Shown here: positions 1 through 12,812 of the stretch, in pieces
Layout of the letters: every line of letters starts with the position of its first letter
Numbering within the stretch: position 1 is the first letter of the stretch
DNA from: Octopus sinensis
Taxonomy: Eukaryota
DNA: 64,000 bases
Reading direction: 5' to 3'
Assembly: GCF_006345805.1 (NCBI RefSeq)
Contig: NC_043014.1
Location: 51,646,001 to 51,710,000 of the forward strand
The notes under the pieces: generated by a model
Told to the model about the DNA's origin: nothing
The model's input: only the letters and a program-made list of their open reading frames with translations
Database searches by the model: none
Made by a program: the position numbers and the translations under genes

Positions 1-507
1 ATTTATATATATATATTTGTCTATGTATGTTAGTGGAAGCAACATTATAATCTTAGTAAGATATATATATATATGTATATATATATATAAATAATGTGTT
101 TCTGTGTGTATATGTATTTATAATGCACGGTCTGATTATGTGTGCCTGTATGTATTGAAAAGAAAATGAAAATGTCTGTAATCTTCAAGAAAAAAAGTCA
201 CTTTTATACAGAAGCAGAAACAGCTACGCAATTAAGTGTAATTATCCAGTGAGTGAGTGTGTGTCTGTGTTTGTACAGTGTACTTATTTATATATATATA
301 TGTGTGTGTGTGTGTATGTTTCACACACACATTTATATACTTACATATATATTTGGACACACACGCACTTCTTCATATGCTCATGCATGCATGAATGAAT
401 GTCACGTGCAGCGTTCACCTACTTTATCATTTCAGAAAATCAGAAAAAAGATTCTTTAATGCAAAACATGGATTTATCTATAAGACGGAACGAAATATCG
501 CTGTGTG

Positions 508-563
<56 letters not shown>

Positions 564-789
564 CGAGAACACGTGTTCGGATAATCAGAACAAAACGAAT
601 ATAAATTTGATATAGATATTCCAGCATAAAAATGAAATATAAGATACGATCCGACGGTGAATATAAGACAAAAAAATATTCCTCAAACTACGGCTATCAC
701 GTGGTGCTGTAATGAAACGCCTGGGATTCTGTTTAGATTCAGATTCATTTTTGTATGCGGAAACTTATTACCATTGCTTTCAATGCATT

Positions 790-827
<38 letters not shown>

Positions 828-830
828 GTA

Positions 831-861
<31 letters not shown>

Positions 862-1404
862 ATTTATCGTCTCCCTAAATTATTAGATATTAACCACAGT
901 CAACACTGTTCTCAACTGAGTGTAAGATATATAGTTGGCCTGTTTTGTTTGTTTTGAATTTTGATATTCTTCCTTTCATTCCTTCTCTATATTCCGTCTG
1001 CCTTTTTCCTTTTTAAGTAATGGTTTAAATTTTGCCAACCTTCCATATAAGCTAACGTCATTTTGGCTGTAACGATACTGTATGATTTTAGTTAATACTT
1101 TGATATATCCTTTCAACCGTACAGAAATATTTCGAAATAATTATACGCAGCTGTATTTCTTACGCTAGTCTTCGAGCCAGTTTACGAAAAACTAATCCAA
1201 TATACCCAGAAATATAAAATATTCTTAAACATATGGACGGACGCTCGCACACTGAAACGCGAAAGGTAAGCACACGCACGCACACATATACTCCCAAAGA
1301 CAAACGAGGTTACACAGGAACAACTGAAGAATTAATTCAAAAAAGGATAAAAGCATGCAATAAATTTCGTGCGTATCTATATATTTGCATCATAATGTAC
1401 TTCA

Positions 1405-1459
<55 letters not shown>

Positions 1460-1850
1460 ATTTACAAGAAGATAAGGCAGAAGAAAAATTCTAATGCCAG
1501 ATACGCCGAAAACAAAAAATTGTCGATAACCATTAAATTTATGCGTCTCGAAACAAACCGATAGAAATCTCTAAAAAAATTCGTTATTACCGTATTGGTC
1601 CAATTTCGGGGTTAATTCACAAGAAATTTTCCCCTCTTCAGCGGCACATACGCGAGATATAAATGAAATACTTATTCATACCCATGGAAGAAGCAAGCAC
1701 CAAGTCCCGAACAGACTTAAGTACCCCAAATATATCCAAATACAAAAATCTTAGGCGCACCTCAAGACACGTGTGATTCGAACAAGAAACTTTCACAGAG
1801 TGATAGAATCCGGAAGTGAACACTAATCTATTTATAATTGATATAGGATA

Positions 1851-1913
<63 letters not shown>

Positions 1914-2175
1914 CATATATATCGGTGTGTGTGTGTGTGTAATAAATGTGTTATGAATGTGTATGCGTACATGTATGCATATATATATATATATTTCAAA
2001 TTTCGTCAGCTTTTATTCGCATAGGTGTGTATTTTTTGTACCATTTGGTTTTACCTTTGGATGCCATGTTGCTTTAATATATATTGGTATTCGATTTCTG
2101 ATAATATGGGAATGTTATAGATTTGTTTTGACTAATTAGAGCGTTTATTCATTATACCTTTCAATTTATACGTAA

Positions 2176-2770
2176 ATGTATATATATATATATATGTATA
2201 TGTATGCATATATATGTATATGTATGTATATGCATATATATGTATATGTATGTATATACATATATATGTATATGTATGTATATGCATATATGTGTATATG
2301 TATGTATATGCATATATATGTATATGTATGTATATGCATATATATGTATATGTATGTATATGCATATATATGTATATGTATGTATATACATATACATATA
2401 TATTTATGTATATATACATATATATGTATATATATTTATGTATATATACATATATATGTATATATATTTATGTATATATGTATATATACGTATATGTATG
2501 TGTACATGTATATGCATATAAATGTGTGTATATGTATATATATATATGTGTGTATATGTACATATGTATGTATATGTATGTATATGCATATATATATATA
2601 TATATATATATTTATGTATATATGTATATATACGTATATGTATGTGTACATGTATATGCATATAAATGTGTGTATATGTATATATATATATATGTGTGTA
2701 TATGTACATATGTGTGTATATGTTTAAGCATAAATATACATATGTATATATGTGTATATGTATATAAATA
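2176..2770. repeat. TA-derived minisatellite (~26-28-bp unit) plus ~120-bp higher-order duplication
   Basis: atgtatatgcatatatatgtatatgt is reiterated, and tacgtatatgtatgtgtacatg...aaatgtgtg occurs twice. Confidence 0.85.
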
Positions 2771-3439
2771 ATATATATATATATCCAGAGAGAGAAAGAA
2801 AGAGAGATGGGTAGATAGATAGTTAGATAATATTTAGGAAAGTACAACAGCCTCCGGTATCAATTCATCATTCCCTATTCAAACTCTTTGTAAAATAGAC
2901 ACATTCATAATATATTCTTATGTGAAGTTAGTACAATGGACATGTTTAAGATTCCGAATGAACAAATAATCACAAGTTGCCTTCGAGAATAAATGTGTGT
3001 AGAATTATGCAGCTTTCAATAAGTCTGTAAATCTATCTATCTATCGATCTGTCCATGGGCGTGTGTCTGTGTGTGTTTGTTTGTATCCACTGACACGCAT
3101 ATAAATATATGTACACACATATATACGAATATTCGGGCACATACCTCTCTCTATCTCTCTCCTTCCCTCCATATGTGACTCGTGTTCTCTTCTGTGTGTG
3201 TGTGTGTGTGTGTGTGTGAATAGGTTGATAGGTAAAATGTCCGTCCTTAACCAAATAGAATTAATAGTGCATAATAACTTCTACATGGGTAATGTATAAT
3301 ATAAAGTTGCAACGAAATTCGTGTTTCCTAATGCTTAATAAAGTATTTATTTGTAATTTATTTTACATAAACATCGTCCTTTTGCAATTGCAAACATTGG
3401 GAAACATGAATCGAGCTTCACTAACGGAGATCTGAACGC

Positions 3440-3685
3440 CTTTTCCTCACTCAATCTTCTCTATGCCTATCTCTTTCTCTCTTAGTGTTTGTGTGATTAT
3501 TACACAATTCTTTCTACATTCTCTCTTCATTTTTTTTTCGTTCTGTCTCCACATTTTTACGTCCCACCCCTTTCTGTCGAAGAGTCCAGGCTCGAAACGT
3601 CAAAGACATTTCCATTCTTGCTGAACGTAAAACTAATACATTTGGCTGATGTTCCTTCGTCTTTTTTTTTACTGCAATTTTGAAC
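3440..3685 (+). mobile_element. Divergent relative of the hammerhead-bearing repeat, copy 1 (boundaries approximate)
   Basis: Same layout: pyrimidine-rich leader, hammerhead, then ctgaacgtaaaactaatac...tgttccttcgtc, which resembles ctgagcgtccaataatac...tgttccacgtc in copies 2 and 3. Confidence 0.45.
3570..3605 (+). ncRNA. Minimal type-I hammerhead ribozyme-like motif (degenerate, A6U)
   Basis: CTTT-CTGTCGA-A-GAGT(CCAG)GCTC-GAAA-CGTC-AAAG. Stem I is CUUU/AAAG and stem II is GAGU/GCUC. The cleavage triplet is GUC (cut after 3601), and there is one core substitution. Confidence 0.6.
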
Positions 3686-3806
3686 TAATTATAAGCAAAT
3701 ATTGAACCAAGGGAATGAGTGGTCAACACCGCATTGGTGGATAAATATTATTTGTTGATTAAGGCTACCATTGCTTTCATGTTAAGAAAGCCCTTCACAA
3801 AATTAC

Positions 3807-3985
3807 CTCTGTTTTCGCATGGAACATCTGCTATATACACGAACAGAGATTTCCCATAAGGTACATGTCTGATCGAAGCATTTCACGCTTTCCCGTAATA
3901 TTTCTAACCTCAAATGGCTTATTTTTTTTATATCTAACACTATGTCCTCCTCCATTTCTAAGTTAAGGTTTACACTAAAGTAACC
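3807..3985 (-). CDS. Candidate 179-nt exon (unknown product)
   Basis: gttgtattttgcAG|GGT...AGAG|GTAATT. Open as GYFSVNLNLEMEEDIVLDIKKISHLRLEILRESVKCFDQTCTLWEISVRVYSRCSMRKQ, with no recognised domain. Confidence 0.15.
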
Positions 3986-4256
3986 CTGCAAAATACAACT
4001 GATCTTTACACAGAGCGGCACAGAATAACAGCAATCAATCAATGGCAGCGGAGTGCACAAGCATTAGCGATCTAACTGTTGCCTGTACTCTTGGCAAGAG
4101 ATGCCAGTTAGTCTTTTACACCTACCACGCTCGTTCGTATTAGCCCGAGTTACTGTTGAACGAAAACTTTCCTTAGATTGAAATTTAAATCCTAATCTCT
4201 ATAGAAATTTATTCTTTCGAGAAGAATTTGAATTTGTTTTAATTTATATGATTATA

Positions 4257-4631
4257 GGCGCAGGAGTGGCTGTGTGGTAAGTAGCTTGCTAAACAGCCTC
4301 ATGGTTCCGGGTTCAGTCCCACTGCGTGGCATCTTGGGCAAGTGTCTACTGCTATAGCCCCGGGCCGACCAATGCCTTGTGAGTGGATTTGGTAGACGGA
4401 AACTGAAAGAAGCCTGTCGTATATATAAATATATATATGTATGTGTGTGTTTGTATGTCTGTCTCTGTTTGTCCCCGTCACTTAGCGGTTCGGCAAAAAG
4501 AGACCGATAGAATAAGTACTGGGCTTACAAAGAATAAGTCCCGGGGTCGATTTGCTCGACTAAAGGCGGTGCTCCAGCATGGCCGCAGTCAAATGACTGA
4601 AACAAGTAAAAGAGTAAAAGAGAGTAAAGAG
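4257..4631 (+). mobile_element. tRNA-derived SINE, family A (near full length, internal TA/TG microsatellite)
   Basis: The head GGCGCAGGAGTGGCTGTGTGGTAAG...GGTTCAGTCCC has pol III A/B-box-like words. Tail is (GTAAAAGA)n. Likely TSD TTATAGG. About 40 bp are deleted internally at a GTCCCC microhomology relative to other copies. Confidence 0.9.
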
Positions 4632-4940
4632 TTATAGGTAAAAATCTCGGACTGTAACTTCTGAACCCGAGTCAGGCGCGTGTGAACAATGTCGAGAAAA
4701 GATCTACTACGAATGATTTGTTTTGAAACAGGGCATTCTAAGACGACCGCATGTGCTCTTTTCTTAAAACTTTGCGTTCCATTCTCTCTTCCCTCTATCA
4801 CCCTGTATGAATTAACTCACTCAACCAACCAATGTTTATATAAGCTATTGTTTATAGAAATGCTTGTGTGTGTGGGTGTCCCTGAGAATGTGTAGAAAAC
4901 GTTTTCAACAGCAGTATTAGGATTAGGAAACATTTTCTAG

Positions 4941-5496
4941 TAAAATGTAGCATGTTATTCATATTTAACCAAATCGTGCACTGCCTTGCTATGGTTTCCA
5001 AAATCAATAGAATATTTTCTAAATCTCTTGGTAATTCTAAGGTCTCTGACAACTTATAAGAATCTCTTAATGTTCCAATTTTACATTTCTTTAACAATAA
5101 ATGAATGTTAAATGTATGGAGGGAATGGTAAAGTGACAATACTTAACAGTATCGCTACATATCAGAATTGAACGACGAAAAGAGAACAAGAATTTCAACA
5201 GCAAGAGTAAAAAGAACTACTTTTATTGCGTTTCTTACATTTGGCTTGAAATAAGAATTTAGAAAATGTAGATTTAGCTACTATAACCTGTTGAATTATT
5301 AAAAACGTCTGCAATGTAACAGACACCTAAGTTATTGTAATGTTCGTTTCAGCTGGAAGACGCCATGATAATTCTTAGCATCTAATCGCACGATTTCGCA
5401 TGTTGAAAATAAGTTTTGAAAAATTTCAGTCACATATAGAAGTTACACAGGAATACATTTAAATATATTACTTGTATGGCGATGGTGCTATTATTA

Positions 5497-5553
<57 letters not shown>

Positions 5554-6317
5554 AATACTCTTGGTAATATTTTCACTAGTTTAAAAAAAAAATTTAGCAT
5601 CAGTTTTATTCATTTGCTACTTTTGGTCCATGTATTCTGACTTGTTAATTCTTTCCCAGTAGACTTCTTCCGTTTAGATACATTCATCGCTGCTTATATT
5701 TTTATTTAAAGCCGGGCTCTTACTTTAGTTATGTATGAGCTGCAACTTGAGAAGTGAAATATTCATGAATTTCGTAGGCGTTGTAGCAGAGATCGACTGG
5801 CGGGTTTTGGCTTACGTGTTGCTCTTTGTGTTGGACAGATCATGATTGATAAATGAAAGGAAAACGACTATCTCCTCAAGAATAGAGTAAAAATGACTGG
5901 AGTTCGCCCAACGAGGAGAGAACAGAACGATTACTATGAATTGGTTAAGAGTTGAGGCAACACGTTTGTGATTTCGATAGTTGGATGTCTATCTGTAAGA
6001 AAATTTATACCAGTTGGTAGAAGGTCATTTTCTTGATATATCCCTAGAGATCTGTGGAGATAATATTTGCAACTGTAGTAGCAGGATAGAAGAACGGGCG
6101 ATAATTCCGAAAATATGTGAAGGGTTGGCGATTAAAATGTAGCATGTTATTCATATTTAACTAAATCATGCACTGCCTTACAATGGTTTCCAAAATCAAT
6201 AGAATATTTTCTAAATCTCTTGATAATTCTAAGGTCTCTGACAACTTATAAGAATCTCTTAATGTTCCAATTTTACATTTCTTTAACAATAAATAAATGT
6301 TAAATGTATTGAAGGGA
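4941..6317. repeat. 185-bp direct repeat pair (4941-5124 and 6133-6317)
   Basis: About 8 differences by manual alignment, bracketing ~1.0 kb of unique sequence. Confidence 0.9.
5490..5551. repeat. (TTA)n trinucleotide
   Basis: About 20 units. Confidence 0.95.
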
Positions 6318-6609
6318 TTAAGGATTAAAGGATCTGTGAAGAAAGTCAGTGGTTGTTATGAGCTGTATTTCTGTTTTGTTTGGGTAGAACAATCATCCTT
6401 TTGGATTCTGGCTCATTCCTGCATATATTAACCACGCAAATCAATGAGGGGATATCCTTGCTTATAGTGCGGGTTGGTATGTAGATATGCTTCTATGTAG
6501 ATATGTATGCCCATATTTTACGTTGCTATCTCTCTCTCTTATGATCCTGCCCTCTTTTTTCAGTCTGTCTGTCTATTTATCTGTCATTCTTCTCTCTTTC
6601 ACACACACA

Positions 6610-6682
<73 letters not shown>

Positions 6683-6690
6683 AGTGTATT

Positions 6691-6732
<42 letters not shown>

Positions 6733-6734
<2 letters not shown>

Positions 6735-6902
6735 CGCAAGGTAAAAGAAAATACGGGAGATCAGATAATTATGATTTATTCAAGATAATCCCTTTCAGGT
6801 TCACACGTTTTCAGTTTTCCTTAGCCCGGTAAAAGAAACGGTTAATCCTCGAACCAGACCTTTCGCTAACACATAAAATCGGGAACTTTTCGGCATCCCC
6901 AC

Positions 6903-6903
<1 letters not shown>
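6733..6903. mobile_element. ~170-bp unclassified insert within (TA)n
   Basis: Complex sequence bounded sharply by long (TA)n on both sides. Confidence 0.35.
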
Positions 6904-6971
<68 letters not shown>

Positions 6972-7025
6972 CATACACATAACATGCATGTCTTCCTCTC
7001 TTCCCCACTCTCTGTCTGTCTCTAG

Positions 7026-7062
<37 letters not shown>

Positions 7063-8074
7063 GTATGTATGTATGTATATTGTCTGTGGATGTCTATATA
7101 AGTTAGAATAACAGTTCCTTCTTTGTCACTATTCTGCATCTACTTTCCTTTCAAAGGACATCTGGAAAAAATTAAGAGCAATACGCTCCTTTAAACACAA
7201 ATAGCAACGGTGTTTGGTTAAATAGAGACCATCCTTCGGCATCAATTTCACATTTGATTTACATCCGCCATAATAGTTTTTCTACCGACCGCTCTTTTAA
7301 GTTCATCATATGTATATATGCATGTACGTATGCACATATGCCTATGTGTAGGTGTGTGTGTGTATACCTTAATAGGAATTCTTTCCGTACTAAAAGCGAT
7401 GTAATGAAATGAAAGCGTACGTACTCATAGAAGAACGCAAACTAGAAAACTAAATTTAGATTTAGCTATTTCCGATATATCACGGCAATGTGTGTGAATT
7501 TTAAAGTTGTGGTGGCAGTAGTGATTCTCTTAAAGAATTTCATTTCGTTAGAATTTTACTACAACAGAAGAAAAACTGAAAATTTACACTAATGGTATAA
7601 TAAATAAGCTAGATGAAGCGGTGCACACGAGGTTAAGATTTCCATTTCGTAATCGAGTGATCGTAAGTTCGAGCCGACTCTGTGTCATTTGAGATCACTT
7701 TTAGACGATCCTCGGCTTCTGATTCCATATGAGTATATGGCCAAATGCTGGACACTGGTCACCTCAAAATGTCTCGGTGCCTGGTGTTATTAATTTCAGT
7801 CTCACACCTATTTCGGTGTCATTGAATGACATTAGGGCATCTTTACGAAAGAAGTACGGTTTCTCAAGTATCCCCACCCCCCGAGCAACTTATCTCTGTA
7901 TAACTTGGAAACCTAACTGCACTTTCGGCTCTGAAGAATTGCCCTGAACATCATAGTTCCATCTCTAATCAAATCATGAAGAACAAATCTACATACATAT
8001 CCGCATACGTGCATAAGAACATATACATACGCGTCCATATATAAATATATATATGTATACTCTTTTACTCTTTA

Positions 8075-8180
8075 CTCTTTTACTTGTTTCAGCCATTTTA
8101 CTGCGGCCATGCTGGACTTATTCTTTTGTAAGCCCAGTACTTATTCTATCGGTTTTTTTGCCGAACCGCTAAGTAACGTA
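8075..8180 (-). mobile_element. SINE family A, 3' fragment
   Basis: Reverse-complement tail ctcttttactcttttacttgtttcag...gccgaaccgctaagt matches 4480-4631. Confidence 0.8.
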
Positions 8181-8509
8181 TTTCTTTTATATATTTGTTG
8201 TTTTGCAAGAATCTTTATGTGACTTCGCGCGTTGAAGCACATTTTATTGTGTCCAGGGAGAGCCAGTCTCTTTTACTGTCTTATTAATTAATACACTCAA
8301 CGGTTCGATTTCCACACAATTATTTATTTTTTCTAAAATTTTAGTTTCTTCTTCTTTAAATAAGTAAATGAGTGGAAATCGAACCGGTGTGTGTGTTAAG
8401 GAATAAGGCGTTAAAACAGAATGACTCTCCCTAGACGCAATAATATATATGTGCCTGTGTATTAATACAGTGGATTAATACTGTTCTACAGTATTGGCGC
8501 AATATAAGT

Positions 8510-8892
8510 GGAGGCGCAATGGCTCAGTGGTTAGGGCAGCGGACTCGCGGTCATAGGATTGCGGTTTCGATTCCCAGACCGGGCGTTGTGAGTGTTTATT
8601 GAGCGAAAACACCTAAAGCTCCACGAGGCTCCGGCAGGGGATGGTGGTGATCCCTGCTGTACTCTTGCACCACAACTTTCTCTCACTCTTACTTCCTGTT
8701 TCTGTTGTACCTGTATTTCAAAGGGCCGACCTTGTCACTCTCTGCGTCACGCTGAATATCCCCGAGAACTACGTTAAGGGTACATGTGTCTGTGGAGTGC
8801 TCAGCCACTTACACGTTAATTTCACGAGCAGGCTGTTCCATTGATTCGGATCAACCGGAACCCTCGTCGTCGTAACCGACGGAGTGCTTCCA
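8510..8892 (+). mobile_element. tRNA-Arg-like SINE family C, tail type X (octopus OR-like, from memory)
   Basis: Head GGAGGCGCAATGGCTCAGTGGTTAGGGCAGCGGACTCGCGGTC...GGTTTCGATTCC with a TCG anticodon-like loop. Tail is ...ccctcgtcgtcgtaaccgacggagtgc. Confidence 0.85.
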
Positions 8893-9339
8893 GTGTTCTA
8901 CAAACCCTTGCTACCTGAAGGCAATGAAAGCTAGACAGTCTTGGTAAAAGCTTCCATTATAGGTCGGTTCAATCAGGAGTGAACTGCCGAAAACCAAACA
9001 AAGACAACAACAGTATTAAATACCATTCTCTGGTGCACCGACGTATTTCGATAAACTGCTAATTATAAAATCGAGATTTCTTATACTATCCAACTCTTGT
9101 TTTTATTGATCAATTGTTTTTCGCGATGTTCATATCGATTATCCCATTCTTTATTCTCTATTGAAACTCAGTCTGTTTATTATTGTATCATATCCTCATG
9201 TTGTTTCTTCCTTTCATTCTGATCGTGTCAATAACTTTTTTACTAACCGACTAGAACAATCACACGATCAATTTATTGAGACATACATACAGGCAGACAT
9301 ACATACATATATACACACACATGCATACATATTCTGTTA

Positions 9340-9573
9340 TTCTTTTATTCATTTTATTCGCTTTTGCCAATTTACTGCGGCCATGCTGGAACACCGCTTT
9401 AAGAGAACAAATCAACCCGACGACGTATCCTTTGCAAGCCGAGTACTTATTCTATCCCTCTCTTTGCCGAACTGCTAAGTTACGCGGACGTAAACATACC
9501 AACATTGGTTGTCAAGTGATGTTGGTGGAACAAACACAGACACACAAACACACACACACACACGCACACATAC

Positions 9574-9616
<43 letters not shown>

Positions 9617-9821
9617 GGGCTTATTTCAGTTTCCATCTACCAAATCTATTCACATGGCTTTGGTCCGCCCGAGGCTATCAAGAAGACACTTGCCAAGGTG
9701 ACACACGCAGAGGGACTGAACCCAGAATCTTCTTCTTTGGAAGCAAGCTTCTTACCACATAGCCTCTACTGCGCCTACGCACACATACACACACACACAC
9801 ACACCACACACGCACACATAC

Positions 9822-9864
<43 letters not shown>

Positions 9865-10024
9865 GGGCTTATTTCAGTTTCCATCTACCAAATCTATTCA
9901 CATGGCTTTGGTCCGCCCGAGGCTATCAAGAAGACACTTGCCAAAGGTGACACACGCAGAGGGACTGAACCCAGAATCTTCTTCTTTGGAAGCAAGCTTC
10001 TTACCACATAGCCTCTACTGCGCC
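9340..10024 (-). mobile_element. SINE family A with tandemly duplicated 5' half (~249-bp unit)
   Basis: Full SINE at 9340-9775. Its head half recurs almost identically and ends at 10024. Confidence 0.85.
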
Positions 10025-10028
10025 TACG

Positions 10029-10076
<48 letters not shown>

Positions 10077-10779
10077 ACATATATATATATATATATACAC
10101 ACTTTTATTCCTCTCTATATTTCTCTCAATCTTTCAATCGGCGTCTTTACATCTTCCTTATTTCTTTGTACGTGTCCACTTTTCTATACTATTCAAACCC
10201 CATACACTGTTCACCCACGGACCCACACGGGTCAACGAAATCCTTTTTGATGTCGACGTCGTGGCCGTTGTTGTTGTTGTTGTTGTAAACTAAGTCAACG
10301 CTCATTTTGCAGATCTAAACTAAAACGAAAGATTCTCCGGATTATACTTCACGCATTTTCTGTTTTGAAACGTTAGCGTATAGTTGGAAGCGGATTTGCT
10401 GTTTATACTTGCAAACTTCTTTTATGTCCTTACAAAATGTTATGCATGTAGATTGAGCGGGCGTTTCTTTTGAACCAGAAATGTCATAAACGAAAACCTA
10501 AAAGGTGTCTAGGTATTGGACAGGCAACATCGTAGGTGTGAAAATTCGCTCGTGCTGAAACACAAAAATGCAAAATGGATCACCATCGAATTACATGGTG
10601 ACATTTCAGCTTTGCATCAACACCGAAACTACTCCTTCTGGAAATGATCATGTTCAATCGCTGATCATACTGCAGGCATTAAATCAAATTTACTGGCAAA
10701 CGGAACATAACACATTGTGATGGGGCCGGCACATGAATTTATAGGTATAACTTCTCTCCTCTCAGAAATTCTGTCAACC

Positions 10780-10925
10780 GAGGTCGACCTTACCTTTCAT
10801 CCTTTCGGTGTCGATAAATTTAGTACTGGTTACGCACTGGGGTCGATGTCATCGACTTAATACATTTGTCTGTCCTTGTTTGTCCTCTCTATGTTTAGCC
10901 CCCTGTGGGCAATAAAGAAATAAGT
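10780..10925 (+). mobile_element. 5'-truncated SINE family B with 13-bp TSD
   Basis: AATTCTGTCAACC at 10767-10779 and 10926-10938 brackets the element. Confidence 0.85.
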
Positions 10926-11420
10926 AATTCTGTCAACCTAGTTACTCTGGTAACTGAGTTACTGTGGTAAACTTAGTAACTCTGGTAAACTGATTAGAAA
11001 CTCAGTGAAATGAGCCTTTCTCATGACGGTTCTCAGTGTATCCGAACTCAAGACATCTTGATTGAAAAACAATGTTATAACCGTAAAGTATATCTTTTAA
11101 ATTTTCCATACAGGTTCGGCTCACAAACACACACTCTCTCACACACACAGGCACACCCATGTTGTCTGGTGAAACGGATCATTTACACACGACCTTATCT
11201 CACAAAGCAAAATATTCTTTCATCCGGGTCTATCAATCATGTATGTATTTGATAATGTCCTTGTACAGTTATCATCATATTCATGTTCTTTCTGTATTCT
11301 GTGTTTCCTTTCTTCCTTGTTTACTATCCTTCCGTTAACTTCAATTGGTTTCTAATTCTCTGCGCACATAATTTTGGCCTCTACGCTGTCTATCTTCTTT
11401 GTATCAGCATTTCAACTCAC

Positions 11421-11432
11421 CTATGACTCCAG
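11421..11432 (-). CDS. Candidate 12-nt microexon (unknown host gene)
   Basis: Minus strand reads TACTAAT(branch, ~-35)...attatcttccttgtcAG|CTGGAGTCATAG|GTGAGT. The exon is frame-preserving. Confidence 0.3.
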   Translation of the reverse strand: MES

Positions 11433-12289
11433 CTGACAAGGAAGATAATATATTTCAAGACCAATCATTAGTAATTGACAAGTACATGTAAGATAAAGCA
11501 CGGTGTGTAGTAACATTGTAAACACACATGATTGCCATGACATTTTGGTTCGACTATATCACTGCATGCATTAACACTTTCTTAATTAATTTCACAACCT
11601 TTCTCATAAGCTAGATTGGAAATTTGAAAAGCAGAAAGTAGTAGAGAAAATAGAATGGTTTACTATGAGGGAATAATGGGAACCGCTGAAAGGTCATTAA
11701 CAGCAGAAGCGGAGGAGAACTGAAACACAGGCAGAATTTTACCCACTTTCACATTCGGGTTCTTGTGCAGGTGAGAATCGCTAAAACAGATAAGAGGGAA
11801 AAATCAATTTAAATAGATGTCTTTCTAAAGTAGGTACAAGGCCTGAAATTTCAGGGGAAGGTGTAGTCAATAACAACGATACCAGTGATATTTATTTTAT
11901 CAAACACGAAGAAGGAAAGTAAAGTTGGTCTCGGAGTTGATTTAACTCAGATCCGGAAGAAATGCCGCTAGCGATTTTGTCCGACGAGCTAACGATCCTC
12001 TAAGATCATCGATTGGTATTAATCTCAAATTTTGGTCCAAATTTTGCAAATTTACAGGGAACTGTTAATGAATTGCATCGATCGCCAAAGGATGAAATGC
12101 AAAGTCGATTATAGTGAAATTTCAACTAAGAACGTGTAAACGGTCGAAATGCTGCCAACCATTGTGCCCAGCGTGCCTACGATCCTGCAACCGCGGGGCC
12201 CTAATGAGCAAATCGTTTTAATATAAAGCTACATAAAATGCGGTCATGCTACGGCAACGCCTTGACTTTTAAGTCGAACGAATCGATCC

Positions 12290-12560
12290 CTTTACCTTTT
12301 ATAAAGCCTGGTATTTATTCGATAGATTTCTTTTCCAGAATCGCTACGTTACGGGAACGTAAACATGCCAACACCGGTTGTTAAGCACTGTTGATGGTAG
12401 TAGGAACAAACACTGACAGATAGATACAGAGCTACACACACACACACACACATACACACACACACACATACACACACACATACACACACACACACATACA
12501 CACACATGCCAGGTTTCTTTCGGTTTCCGTCTCATAAATCTACTCTCAAGGCGTACCTAC
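12290..12560 (-). mobile_element. SINE family A, degenerate
   Basis: acgggaacgtaaacatgccaacaccggttg...(CA)n...tttcggtttccgtc matches the family A body. Confidence 0.7.
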
Positions 12561-12735
12561 ATTTTTTGATGCTCCTTTCTTTCGCTAACATCCTTATAGA
12601 AGAAAGGCGTTGCAAGTAAGATTTAATCAATGCTGATTGATCTGGGAATTAAACCGCGAGTACATGGTCTTCTTAGGCAACTACTTTTCTTTCCAAATTG
12701 ACGATACATAAATACATGCACACACACGCATTATA

Positions 12736-12812
<77 letters not shown>

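Noticed and set aside
1595-1820. CCAAT and CCGGAAGTG (ETS-like) words suggesting a promoter
   Set aside because: These are short motifs without a CpG island or an associated exon, so they are within chance.
5764-5845. Peptide VVAEIDWRVLAYVLLFVLDR reminiscent of the Cys-loop receptor M4 region (octopus chemotactile receptors)
   Set aside because: It is only 26 codons, the spacing between W and DR is wrong, and no other receptor segment lies on the same strand.
8510-8590. tRNA-Arg-like sequence as a tRNA gene (also 26813-26890)
   Set aside because: The acceptor stem is not complementary and the sequence runs into a SINE body, so it is a SINE head.
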